Assembly: GCA_038062015.1 (NCBI GenBank)
Contig: JBBTXZ010000005.1
Coordinates: 24,215-88,214 of the forward strand
Reading direction: 5' to 3'
Source: Patescibacteria group bacterium
Lineage (GTDB): Bacteria > Patescibacteriota > Minisyncoccia > 2-02-FULL-40-12
Length of the DNA stretch: 64,000 nucleotides
Shown here: positions 55,661-64,000 of the stretch, one piece after another
Layout of the letters: every line of letters starts with the position of its first letter
Position numbering within the stretch: position 1 is the stretch's first letter
Notes under the pieces: model-generated
What the model was told of the DNA's origin: nothing
Databases searched by the model: none
Seen by the model: only the letters and a program-made list of their open reading frames with translations
Translations under genes and position numbers: made by a program

Positions 55661-55966
55661 ATGGGTGATATTTTCAGCTGGCCCCTGTCTTTGGCAATGA
55701 AGGCTTTCAGTTTTTTCGTCTTAGCCGCTTTCCTTTTTTTGATTGCTGGTTTAGCGGCTTGGATAAGAGACGCCCGGCCGCCGGAAGAAAAGTTAGTCGT
55801 TTTTGTCATCTGGGCTGGTCTTGCTGCCGTGTCTTTCTTCGGTTTTCTGATTTTTGGCTTGGGCTTATCTGGTTCAGCAGGAGTCGTAGTCGGCGCCTCT
55901 CTCTGGGGTTTTTTCTGGAAGCAGATTATATCGTTCTTTTTTGGAAAAGAGCCTTTGTCGCTTTAA
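55661..55966 (+). CDS. Small hypothetical membrane protein (3 TM)
   Basis: ORF with a hydrophobic helix pattern. SD ggaggtg upstream. Confidence 0.45.
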   Translation: MGDIFSWPLSLAMKAFSFFVLAAFLFLIAGLAAWIRDARPPEEKLVVFVIWAGLAAVSFFGFLIFGLGLSGSAGVVVGASLWGFFWKQIISFFFGKEPLSL

Positions 55967-56026
55967 GCGGCGAAGGCTCTATTTTATTCACAAAGGATTT
56001 ATTTAAAATTTTGCTATACTAAAAGA

Positions 56027-58516
56027 GTGAATAGGCAAAATATCACTTTGGCTATTTTTGATGTCAGGCCGATTGATTCCAAAACTAAAAGGGTTAATTT
56101 CGAATTGATAGAAAGTTTAAGGCCGGAAATAAATCTAAAGGGGGAAAATAGAAAAAAGAAGCTTATCCCTAGTGAAGTCTCCTATTCGAATATTCTGCCC
56201 GTAAAAATAATTCCACCAGTTCTTGATGTCAAAGAAGAAGTCTTACAAGAATTACAAGCCAATCTTTCAGAGGGCATTGATTTTAATAAAGAAATTGAGC
56301 TATTCGGCGGCAGATTAGTAGATTCTCCAACTCGAATTCGGCCGAAATTGTCCTACTTGATATTTAAAAAGGATAAAAAGCCTGATTCCGATTATCTTAC
56401 TCAAGATAGTGAAAATTTAGATAAATTTAGAAAAGAATTTTCAAAGATATTTTCTGATTATCCGAAAGAAACCAAAGTCAATGGAGAGATAAAATTGATT
56501 TCGCCGCCTCCTTATCTGCCTTGGGGACCCGAAATAAATGTCAAAGAATCCAGGCCAGTTTTAAGTCTTTCACCGGCGGCCAGAGAATTAGATGCGGTGC
56601 TGGATACTTTTAGTAAAGCAGTAAAAAGCGAGCCAGCGCCCATTCCCTATAAGGCAGTTGAGGAGAAATCTTCAAAAGCCCTGATTTATTTTGCTTTAAG
56701 CGTGGCCTCTGTTTTTATTTTAACCTTTTTGTCGGTTGAATCTTTGAATTTAAAAAACAGCATTCTCCAGAGAAGCAATCAGGCTTACATAAATTTGAAC
56801 TCGGTTCAGGGTAATCTTTCCGAGTTCAATTTTTCCGGAGCGGCCAGTTCTTTTGCTTTAGCCGCAAGGAATTTTGAATTGATGCATGAGGATTTGAAAA
56901 AAGCCGGATCCGTTTTCAACGTTTTGGATAAAGTGACTCTTGGCGGGACCTCAAATGTTTCAAGTCTTCTTAAAGCCGGCGAGCTTATTTCCGGAGCCGC
57001 GGTCCAGCTCGCCGCCGCCTTAGAAAAAATTTCGGATGTGAATTTGATTTCAGTCATTCAATTCGATGCAAAAAATAACACGGAAACGAATATTTTGGAA
57101 GTTCTAAGGCAGTTTCGGATCAATTTGATCCAGGCATCTAGAAACTTAAATGAAGCCGATGCGTTAATTTCAAATTCAGATACGAGTTTAATCCCAGAGT
57201 CTGAAAGGAAAAGATTTGAAGAATTAAAGTTAAGTCTCTCGGAATTCAACGGTTTTATTGAAAAAGCGGTCCGTTACTCGGATGCTTTAATGTTTATGCT
57301 CGGCCAGTCCGGCCCTCAAAGATATATTGTTTTGTTCCAGAACACTTCCGAATTAAGGCCGACCGGAGGCTTCCCCGGTTCTTATGCTTTAATAGAGTTT
57401 AACAAAGGAACGATGGAAAAGTTTTTTGTCGACGATATTTACAATCCCGACGGCCAGATGAAGGAAAAAATAATTCCGCCCCGGCCTTTACAAAAAATCA
57501 CGCCTAACTGGGGTATGCGCGACGCCAATTGGTTCAGCGATTTTCCGGCTTCAGCCAAAAAAGTCGCCGAATTTTACTATAAAGATACCGGTATTTTAGT
57601 TGACGGAGTGATGGCGGTAAATGTTGATTTGATCCCCGAAATTCTGAAAATAACCGGTCCGATTGAGATGACTGACTATGGAATTGTTTTAGACTCTGAA
57701 AATTTCATCTTCGAAATTCAAAAAGAAGTTGAATATGAGAGGAGCAAAGGCGATGGCCAGCCCAAAAGAATTTTAGTTGATTTTGGGCCTAAGCTTTTAG
57801 AAAAACTATCAAGTTTAAGCCGCGATGACTGGATGAAAGTTTTTGCGGTTTTAGTGGCCGGACTTGAGAAAAAGGATATTTTAGGCTATTTTGCCGAGCC
57901 CCGGCTCGAGAATCTAGCTTTGGAGAATGGCTTTGCCGGAGAAATAAAAGAGGCCCAAAACTTTGATTATTTAATGATTGCTCATTCAAATATCATGGGT
58001 TCTAAGACCGACGCCGTAATTGATAATTTTGTTTCGTTGAATATAGAGAAATCGGAAAATGGCTTGGATCATACTTTGAAAATTGAAAGAAGGCATAACG
58101 GCGGCAATTTTGGTTTTTACAATAAGAAAAATAACGATTACGTGAGGGTCCTTTTGCCTGATGGTGCTGAATTGATTGAGGTAAGCGGGAATGATTCGTT
58201 TGAATCCAATCCTTTATTGGATTATCGACAAAATGGTTTTGTTTTTGATCCTGATTTAGAAAGGTATGAATCAAGAATCCAAAAAACAGGCAGTATAGAA
58301 ATTTTAAGCGAAGCCGGTAAAAAAGTTTTTGCCTTTTGGATGATTGTCGAACCGGGGCAGGCCAAGACAGTTAAAATAAAATACAAGACCCCAAATTCAG
58401 ACAGTATCTATATTCAAAAACAACCGGGCCTGAAGAGTAAATTCACTTTGATTCTCAACGGCAAAATTTTATTTGACGAAAGCCACTCTTTTGATAAGAA
58501 TATTGTTCTGGAGTGA
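56027..58516 (+). CDS. Large hypothetical secreted/membrane-anchored protein (DUF4012-like?)
   Basis: ORF 829 aa with an internal TM segment (ALIYFALSVASVFILTFL) and the motif FQNTSELRPTGGFPGSYALIEF. No catalytic motif recognised. Confidence 0.45.
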   Translation: MNRQNITLAIFDVRPIDSKTKRVNFELIESLRPEINLKGENRKKKLIPSEVSYSNILPVKIIPPVLDVKEEVLQELQANLSEGIDFNKEIELFGGRLVDSPTRIRPKLSYLIFKKDKKPDSDYLTQDSENLDKFRKEFSKIFSDYPKETKVNGEIKLISPPPYLPWGPEINVKESRPVLSLSPAARELDAVLDTFSKAVKSEPAPIPYKAVEEKSSKALIYFALSVASVFILTFLSVESLNLKNSILQRSNQAYINLNSVQGNLSEFNFSGAASSFALAARNFELMHEDLKKAGSVFNVLDKVTLGGTSNVSSLLKAGELISGAAVQLAAALEKISDVNLISVIQFDAKNNTETNILEVLRQFRINLIQASRNLNEADALISNSDTSLIPESERKRFEELKLSLSEFNGFIEKAVRYSDALMFMLGQSGPQRYIVLFQNTSELRPTGGFPGSYALIEFNKGTMEKFFVDDIYNPDGQMKEKIIPPRPLQKITPNWGMRDANWFSDFPASAKKVAEFYYKDTGILVDGVMAVNVDLIPEILKITGPIEMTDYGIVLDSENFIFEIQKEVEYERSKGDGQPKRILVDFGPKLLEKLSSLSRDDWMKVFAVLVAGLEKKDILGYFAEPRLENLALENGFAGEIKEAQNFDYLMIAHSNIMGSKTDAVIDNFVSLNIEKSENGLDHTLKIERRHNGGNFGFYNKKNNDYVRVLLPDGAELIEVSGNDSFESNPLLDYRQNGFVFDPDLERYESRIQKTGSIEILSEAGKKVFAFWMIVEPGQAKTVKIKYKTPNSDSIYIQKQPGLKSKFTLILNGKILFDESHSFDKNIVLE

Positions 58517-60369
58517 TAAGTACCAGAAATTTTGTCATCATCGCTCACATAGACGCAGGCAAGTCCACTTTGGCGGATCGGTTTTTGGAATTAACCGGAA
58601 CAATTGAAAAAAGAAAGATGCAGGAGCAGTTTTTGGATATGCATCCTTTAGAAAGAGAACGGGGGATTACGATTAAACTTCAGCCGGTAAGGATGAATTA
58701 TGGTGATTATATTCTGAATTTGATTGATACTCCGGGCCATGTTGATTTTTATTATGAGGTTTCGCGATCTTTGGCTGCAGTTGAAGGAGCCATTCTTTTA
58801 ATAGATGCCACTAAAGGAATTCAGGCCCAGACCCTTTCAAACTATAATTTTGCCCTTAGGCAGGGCCTTACAATAATTCCAGTTATAAATAAAATTGACT
58901 TGCCTAACGCTCAAGTGGAAAAAATTGAAGAAGAAGTGATAAATTTAACCGGAGCAAAAAGAGAAGATATTTTTAAGATTTCAGCCAAAATAGGGACTGG
59001 GATTGAAGATGTTTTGAGAGCGGTGATAGAAAGAGTGCCGCCGCCGCGCTCAGCGCGGCTGTCTGGGACGCTAAGCGTCCCGCCCAAAGGGAAGGCCGAG
59101 TCTCTCCAAGCTCTTATTTTTGATTCAAAATTTGATACTTATAAAGGAATAATTGCCTATGTCAGAATTTTTAGCGGTAAGGTTAAGACTGGAGATAAAA
59201 TTAAATTTGCAGTTCAAAATCAAATTGCCGAAGCAATTGAAGTTGGTTATTTTAAACCGAATTTGGAAAAATCAGGAAGCTTGAATGATGGTGAAATCGG
59301 CTATATCGCTACTGGTTTGAAAGATATTTCTAGAGTCAGGGTTGGCGACACGATTATTTTAGCCGATTCTGACGCTTCAGCTTTGCCGGGCTATGAAGAG
59401 CCGAATCCTTTTGTTTTTGCCAGTTTGTATCCCCGCAATGCCAACGATTTCAGTTATCTTAGGGAATCTTTGGAAAAGTTAAAGCTTCAGGATTCTTCTT
59501 TGCGTTTTGAGCCGGAGCATTCCGATGCTTTGGGTCCGGGTTTCCGGTGCGGATTTCTAGGGATGCTTCATGCTGAAATTGTTTCAGAGCGGCTGAAAAG
59601 GGATTTTAGTTTGGATTTAATTATTACTTCGCCCTCGGTTGAGTACGAAGTAAAATTAAAAAGTAAAAATGACCCATCCGATAAAACTCAGGGTCATCCT
59701 GAGCGAAGTCGAACGGATGAAAAATTAAAAATTAAGTCTGCTTCGAAACTTCCGGATCCAAGTCAGATAGATATAATTTTAGAGCCGATGGTGGAAATTG
59801 AAATTTTGAGTCCAACCCAATACTTAGGGCAGATAATGAAACTGATGCCGGATTATCGGGCTCAGTATATTGAAACAAGTTATTTGAGTTCTGAAACCAT
59901 TATTTTAAAATACCACGTGCCTTTAGCCGAAATAATTATTGATTTTTATGACAAATTAAAAAGTATCAGCTCTGGTTTTGCTTCGATGAATTATAAATTT
60001 ACCGATTTTAAAGAATCTGACTTAGTTAAGTTAGATATTTTGATTGGTGGTGAGCCCGTCGAACCATTTTCGCGGATTGTGCCTCGTGAGAATTCTTATC
60101 AGGAAGGAAAAAGAGTGGTTGAAAAATTAAAAGAGATAATGCCGCCGCAATTATTCACTTTGGCTTTGCAGGCGGCGATTGGGGGTAAAATTATTGCGCG
60201 GGAAACGATTAATGCCCGCCGAAAAGACGTAACCGGTTATCTCTATGGCGGCGATGTGACCAGAAAGATGAAGCTTTTGAAGAAACAGAAACGCGGCAAG
60301 GAGCGGCTCAAAGAAAGTGGTCGCGTGGAAATTCCGCAAGAGGTTTATTTGGAGATACTTAAGAAATGA
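58513..60369 (+). CDS. lepA: Elongation factor 4 (LepA), GTG start, with an in-frame palindromic insertion
   Basis: [22 protein letters not shown] and the LepA C-terminal domain. Inserted ...RSARLSGTLSVPP... in the ERVPPP-G loop. Confidence 0.92.
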   Translation: MISTRNFVIIAHIDAGKSTLADRFLELTGTIEKRKMQEQFLDMHPLERERGITIKLQPVRMNYGDYILNLIDTPGHVDFYYEVSRSLAAVEGAILLIDATKGIQAQTLSNYNFALRQGLTIIPVINKIDLPNAQVEKIEEEVINLTGAKREDIFKISAKIGTGIEDVLRAVIERVPPPRSARLSGTLSVPPKGKAESLQALIFDSKFDTYKGIIAYVRIFSGKVKTGDKIKFAVQNQIAEAIEVGYFKPNLEKSGSLNDGEIGYIATGLKDISRVRVGDTIILADSDASALPGYEEPNPFVFASLYPRNANDFSYLRESLEKLKLQDSSLRFEPEHSDALGPGFRCGFLGMLHAEIVSERLKRDFSLDLIITSPSVEYEVKLKSKNDPSDKTQGHPERSRTDEKLKIKSASKLPDPSQIDIILEPMVEIEILSPTQYLGQIMKLMPDYRAQYIETSYLSSETIILKYHVPLAEIIIDFYDKLKSISSGFASMNYKFTDFKESDLVKLDILIGGEPVEPFSRIVPRENSYQEGKRVVEKLKEIMPPQLFTLALQAAIGGKIIARETINARRKDVTGYLYGGDVTRKMKLLKKQKRGKERLKESGRVEIPQEVYLEILKK

Positions 60370-63159
60370 TTAACTGCAAACTCCGGTGATTTCACCGCAG
60401 TTGCGGCAGAGGAGGCAAGTACCGGCCCGGTACATAATAAATCCGCATTTAGAGCAGAGAGGATTTTCAGTTGTTTCAGATAGAGCCAAAGCTGGTTGGA
60501 TATCTGGCTCTGATTCTGTTTGTTCTGTAAATTTAGCCATTATAGTTTCAAGGCCATTGTTGTTAAGGGCACTTGGCAGACCATTTTTTGTAACTGATTC
60601 AGTTTTTTCGTTTCTGGCATCGCCATCACGCTGAGCGTGACTACTGGAGACGTTTAGCGTCCCGTTTCCGGGAGCGGGCGTCCCGAAAACTTCAACTTTT
60701 TCTTCGTCGGTCAAAAACTTCGCGCCCAGATATTTAAAAATATAATCAACAATTGAACTGGCAAATGGAATATCTTTGTTGGCGGTCATACCCATCGGTT
60801 CAAAGCGCATATCTTTTAGTTTTTTAACCAGAACTTTGAGCGGAATGCCGTATTGCAAGGATACTGAAGTCAGGACCGCAATCGTGTCCATTAAGCCGGC
60901 CATGGTTGAACCTTCTTTAGCCATATTGATGAATGTTTCGCCGACTTTGTAATCTTCCGGGTAAAGCCCGACATTGATGTAGCCTTCGTGGCCGGTGATG
61001 GAAAATTTGTGATGTATTGCCGGCCGTTCATTGGGCAGGTAGCGCCGGATTAATTTCGGCAGTTTTATCTTCTTTTCTTCCTTTTCGGTGTTTAATGGTT
61101 GGACTGTTTTGGAGCCGTCCCGGTAAAAAGCCACAGCCTTGATCCTCAGTCTCCAGGCCTCGATAAAAGCATTAAAGATTTCTTCTTTGGTTGATTCGCG
61201 AGGCAGATTTACGGTTTTTGAAATTGCGCCGCTCACAAAGGGCTGGACCGCCCCCATCATTTTTAAATGGCCCATATAACTTATAGTTCTTGTTCCTTTA
61301 GCGGCCTTGAAAGAACAGTCAAAGACCGGCAGGTGTTCGTTTTTAATATGCGGCGCTCCTTCAATGGTGTCATTCCGGTCAATATAATCGGTTATTTCTT
61401 TTATTTGTTCATCGGTGTAATTGAGTTTCTTTAAAGCTCGCGAAACTTGGTTATTCACTAGTTTCAAAACTCCGCCGCCGACTAATTTTTTGTATTTAAT
61501 CAAAGCCAACTCCGGTTCAATGCCAGTGGTATCGCAGTCCATCATAAAAGCTATAGTGCCAGTGGGAGCAATGACGCTTACTTGAGAATTTCGATAGCCG
61601 AATTCATGGCCGTAAGCCAAAGCTTCATCCCAGGATCTTTGAGCTTCTTTAAGGAGTTCTTTTTGTTCGACTAAATTTTCATCAATCTTATAAGCCTCGT
61701 CGCGATGCATTTTAATTACGTTTAGCATCGGTTCTCTATTAATGGGATAGCCGTTGAAAGGCCCCTTATGTTTAGCTATTTCAGCCGAGAATTTGTATGC
61801 TTTGCCATTATATAGAGCCGAGATCGCTCCGGCCATAGCCCGACCCTTGTCAGAATCATAAGGCAGGCCTTGGGCCATTAAAAGGGAACCAAGGTTGGCA
61901 AAACCAAGACCGAGCTGGCGGAAATTCTTGGTATTTTGAGTGATTTTTTCGGTTGGGTAAGAAGAATTATCTACTAAAATATCCTGAGCCAGAATCATTA
62001 CATCAACCGCTTTTTTGAAAAGTTCGGTATCAAAATCTTCGTCATCTTTTAAGAATTTTAGAAGATTGAGCGAAGCTAAGTTACATGCAGAATTATCTAT
62101 ACTCATATATTCACTACATGGATTTGAGGCATTTATTCTACTTGTATTTGGAAGCGTGTGCCATCGATTTATTGTCGTATCATATTGCATTCCCGGATCA
62201 GCCGAGTGCCAAGCTGCGTCGGCGCACCATTCAAGCACTTGTCTGGCTTTTACTTTTTCCAAACTCTCGCCGTCTTTCACCGCTTTTAAATCCCAATCTT
62301 CATCATTCAAAACTTTTTCCATAAACTCATCAGTAACTCTGACGGAATTGTTTGCATTCTGGAAAGGCAGAGTGGTATAGATTGAAAAAAGCTTGCCTTC
62401 TATTGAAGTGTCATACTTTCCGGTCTGGGCCAGCACCCGCGACATTTCTTCCATAATGCGTTTGCAGTAAATGAAGTCTTTGATGTCAGGATGGTCGGCA
62501 TTGAGTACTACCATCTTGGCGGCGCGCCTTGTCCGGCCGCCTGACTTGATTGAATTGGCCACACCATCCGCTCCTTGCATAAAAGAAACCGGGCCAGAAG
62601 CAGTTCCGCCTTTAGATAAAGATTCTTTTGAAGAACGTAGATTGGAAATATTTATTCCTGAACCAGAACCATTTTTGAAAATTTTCCCTTCAACTGCATA
62701 CCAGTCATGAAGAATTGAATCCATGTCATCTTCAACCGAAAGGATAAAACAGGCCGAGGCCTGAAAGTTTTCAATTACGCCGACATTGAACCAGACCGGA
62801 CTATTAAAAGAAGCGTATTGATTAACTAATAACCATTTCAAGTCGTTTTCAAAATTCTGGGTGTTTTCGGCTGAATCAAAGTAGCCATCTTTTAAGCCTA
62901 AGCTGGAAATTGTTTTAGCCACCCGGCTGACTAGTTGTTTAACCGAATTTTCTCTTTCCGGAGAATTTTTTTTGCCGGAAAAATATTTTGAAGCGACAAT
63001 GTCAATCGCAGTCTGGGACCAAAAATCAGGAACCTCAACATTTTTCTGTTCAAAAATAATTCGGCCGTCTGATGAGCCGATTTTAGCGTCTCTCTTAACC
63101 CAGTTTATTTGGTCAAAGGGATCGCCTTGGGCGAATTTTGGTTGCCAGTTAAAAGCCAC
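60370..63159 (-). CDS. nrdJ: Adenosylcobalamin-dependent ribonucleotide reductase (class II, NrdJ) with C-terminal zinc ribbon
   Basis: Class II RNR pattern (large, VWFNVGV..., catalytic Cys context ...NPCSEY...) and C-terminal CSKCGF...CRNCG. Carries an in-frame double-hairpin element near the C-terminus. Confidence 0.8.
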   Translation of the reverse strand: MAFNWQPKFAQGDPFDQINWVKRDAKIGSSDGRIIFEQKNVEVPDFWSQTAIDIVASKYFSGKKNSPERENSVKQLVSRVAKTISSLGLKDGYFDSAENTQNFENDLKWLLVNQYASFNSPVWFNVGVIENFQASACFILSVEDDMDSILHDWYAVEGKIFKNGSGSGINISNLRSSKESLSKGGTASGPVSFMQGADGVANSIKSGGRTRRAAKMVVLNADHPDIKDFIYCKRIMEEMSRVLAQTGKYDTSIEGKLFSIYTTLPFQNANNSVRVTDEFMEKVLNDEDWDLKAVKDGESLEKVKARQVLEWCADAAWHSADPGMQYDTTINRWHTLPNTSRINASNPCSEYMSIDNSACNLASLNLLKFLKDDEDFDTELFKKAVDVMILAQDILVDNSSYPTEKITQNTKNFRQLGLGFANLGSLLMAQGLPYDSDKGRAMAGAISALYNGKAYKFSAEIAKHKGPFNGYPINREPMLNVIKMHRDEAYKIDENLVEQKELLKEAQRSWDEALAYGHEFGYRNSQVSVIAPTGTIAFMMDCDTTGIEPELALIKYKKLVGGGVLKLVNNQVSRALKKLNYTDEQIKEITDYIDRNDTIEGAPHIKNEHLPVFDCSFKAAKGTRTISYMGHLKMMGAVQPFVSGAISKTVNLPRESTKEEIFNAFIEAWRLRIKAVAFYRDGSKTVQPLNTEKEEKKIKLPKLIRRYLPNERPAIHHKFSITGHEGYINVGLYPEDYKVGETFINMAKEGSTMAGLMDTIAVLTSVSLQYGIPLKVLVKKLKDMRFEPMGMTANKDIPFASSIVDYIFKYLGAKFLTDEEKVEVFGTPAPGNGTLNVSSSHAQRDGDARNEKTESVTKNGLPSALNNNGLETIMAKFTEQTESEPDIQPALALSETTENPLCSKCGFIMYRAGTCLLCRNCGEITGVCS

Positions 63160-63235
63160 AATTTAGTATTCAAATAAAAATACAAACCTAACCCAATTTT
63201 AAGTTTTTGGGATGACGGGGTCAATGTTTATAACC

Positions 63236-63841
63236 TTAATATTCAACGCCTCGCTTTACCGGTCCAAATTTATATTTGATTTCCTTCATTTCTGTGGCGA
63301 TGTCGGCTAGGTATATGAATTTTTGGGGCGCGTTTCGGCCGGTAAGAATGATGTCAGTGCCTTGGGGCGCCTTTTTGAGTATTTTTAAGATATCGTTTTC
63401 AGAAATCAGTTTCAAACTGATGGCGACATTGACTTCGTCTAAAATTACAAGATCATATTTTTTGCTCAAAATTATTTTTTCAGCGAGCTTCAGAGTTTTT
63501 TGAGCCGCTTTTTTGTGGACTGAACGCGGAAGCCGGTCACCCATGATGCCGACAAAGCCTTTACCGCCTTTGATTATTTGAAAATTATAGAATTTTTTTA
63601 ATTCTTCTGTTAATTTTTTATTTTTGCTTTGTAATTTTGATTTTTGATTTTTAATTTTTGATATCAGGTAATCTTCTCCCGATACCCATGGTCCCTTGAT
63701 GAACTGGATCATTATAACTTTCTTGCCTTCGCCCAAAGCCCGGATGGCCTGGCCCAAAGCCGCAGTAGTCTTACCTTTGCCGTTACCGGTATAAACGATA
63801 ATCATAAATGTTTGTTCAGGGAAACCGGCCCGCAACACCAA
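63236..63841 (-). CDS. cobO: Cob(I)alamin adenosyltransferase (CobA/CobO/BtuR type)
   Basis: P-loop-like IIVYTGNGKGKTTAALG and overall BtuR pattern. Confidence 0.75.
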   Translation of the reverse strand: MVLRAGFPEQTFMIIVYTGNGKGKTTAALGQAIRALGEGKKVIMIQFIKGPWVSGEDYLISKIKNQKSKLQSKNKKLTEELKKFYNFQIIKGGKGFVGIMGDRLPRSVHKKAAQKTLKLAEKIILSKKYDLVILDEVNVAISLKLISENDILKILKKAPQGTDIILTGRNAPQKFIYLADIATEMKEIKYKFGPVKRGVEY

Positions 63842-63883
63842 TTTCTTCTCTGAATTTTTTAGACAAATAATCTTCAGAGAGTT
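63838..63883 (+). repeat. ~46-bp intergenic repeat, copy 3, followed by a ~70-bp element homologous to 41290..41360
   Basis: ccaatttcttctctgaattttttagacaaataatcttcagagag, then ...aggaggccgaagtagcacggtaagtca (compare 41329 aggaggccgaaattgcacggtttgtca). Confidence 0.8.
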
Positions 63884-64000
63884 GTGTAGGTTGAGGATAG
63901 AGTATGTTTTTCGGGAAATTTAGGAGGCCGAAGTAGCACGGTAAGTCAAGATTGTTTAACGAAATCATGAAGTGATTTCTAGTCTTGACTTTACGAGGCC

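Overview
Low-GC (~36-38%) chromosomal segment whose gene content and order look like a Candidate Phyla Radiation (CPR/Patescibacteria) bacterium; that taxon assignment is an inference. Supporting signs: no L30 between S5 and L15, no L29 between L16 and S17, short L3, split ComEC.

Backbone genes:
- Aminoacyl-tRNA synthetases: ileS, glyQS, metG, leuS.
- One-carbon metabolism: glyA, folD.
- A parA / parB-like pair.
- rpsL-rpsG-fusA-tuf followed by the S10-spc ribosomal cluster through rplO, then secY, adk, map.
- Glycolysis (tpiA, pgk), rnhA, an RNase P RNA (called from conserved motifs), lepA.
- A B12-dependent class II ribonucleotide reductase with a cob(I)alamin adenosyltransferase.

Main find: a compact diversity-generating retroelement (DGR) at ~51.8-54.5 kb.
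- GC-rich target gene with a C-terminal variable repeat (VR).
- A downstream template repeat (TR) that differs from VR only at TR adenines (16/16 mismatches).
- An antisense Avd-like four-helix-bundle gene.
- A YADD reverse transcriptase, followed by an overlapping GIY-YIG gene.

Other accessory or unusual signals:
- A family of double-hairpin palindromic elements inserted in frame into four coding genes, resembling Rickettsia palindromic elements (RPE-like).
- Two further repeat families that occur in frame inside genes and at gene junctions.
- Two paralogous PaaX/Cas2-fold genes, each bracketed by its own pair of near-identical palindromes and inserted into conserved housekeeping contexts.
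- A histidine-phosphatase domain inserted inside IleRS.
- Insertions flanked by long direct repeats at the leuS 5' end, the ndk 3' end and the window start.
- Two GC-rich foreign-looking genes, and several intergenic repeat and hairpin families.
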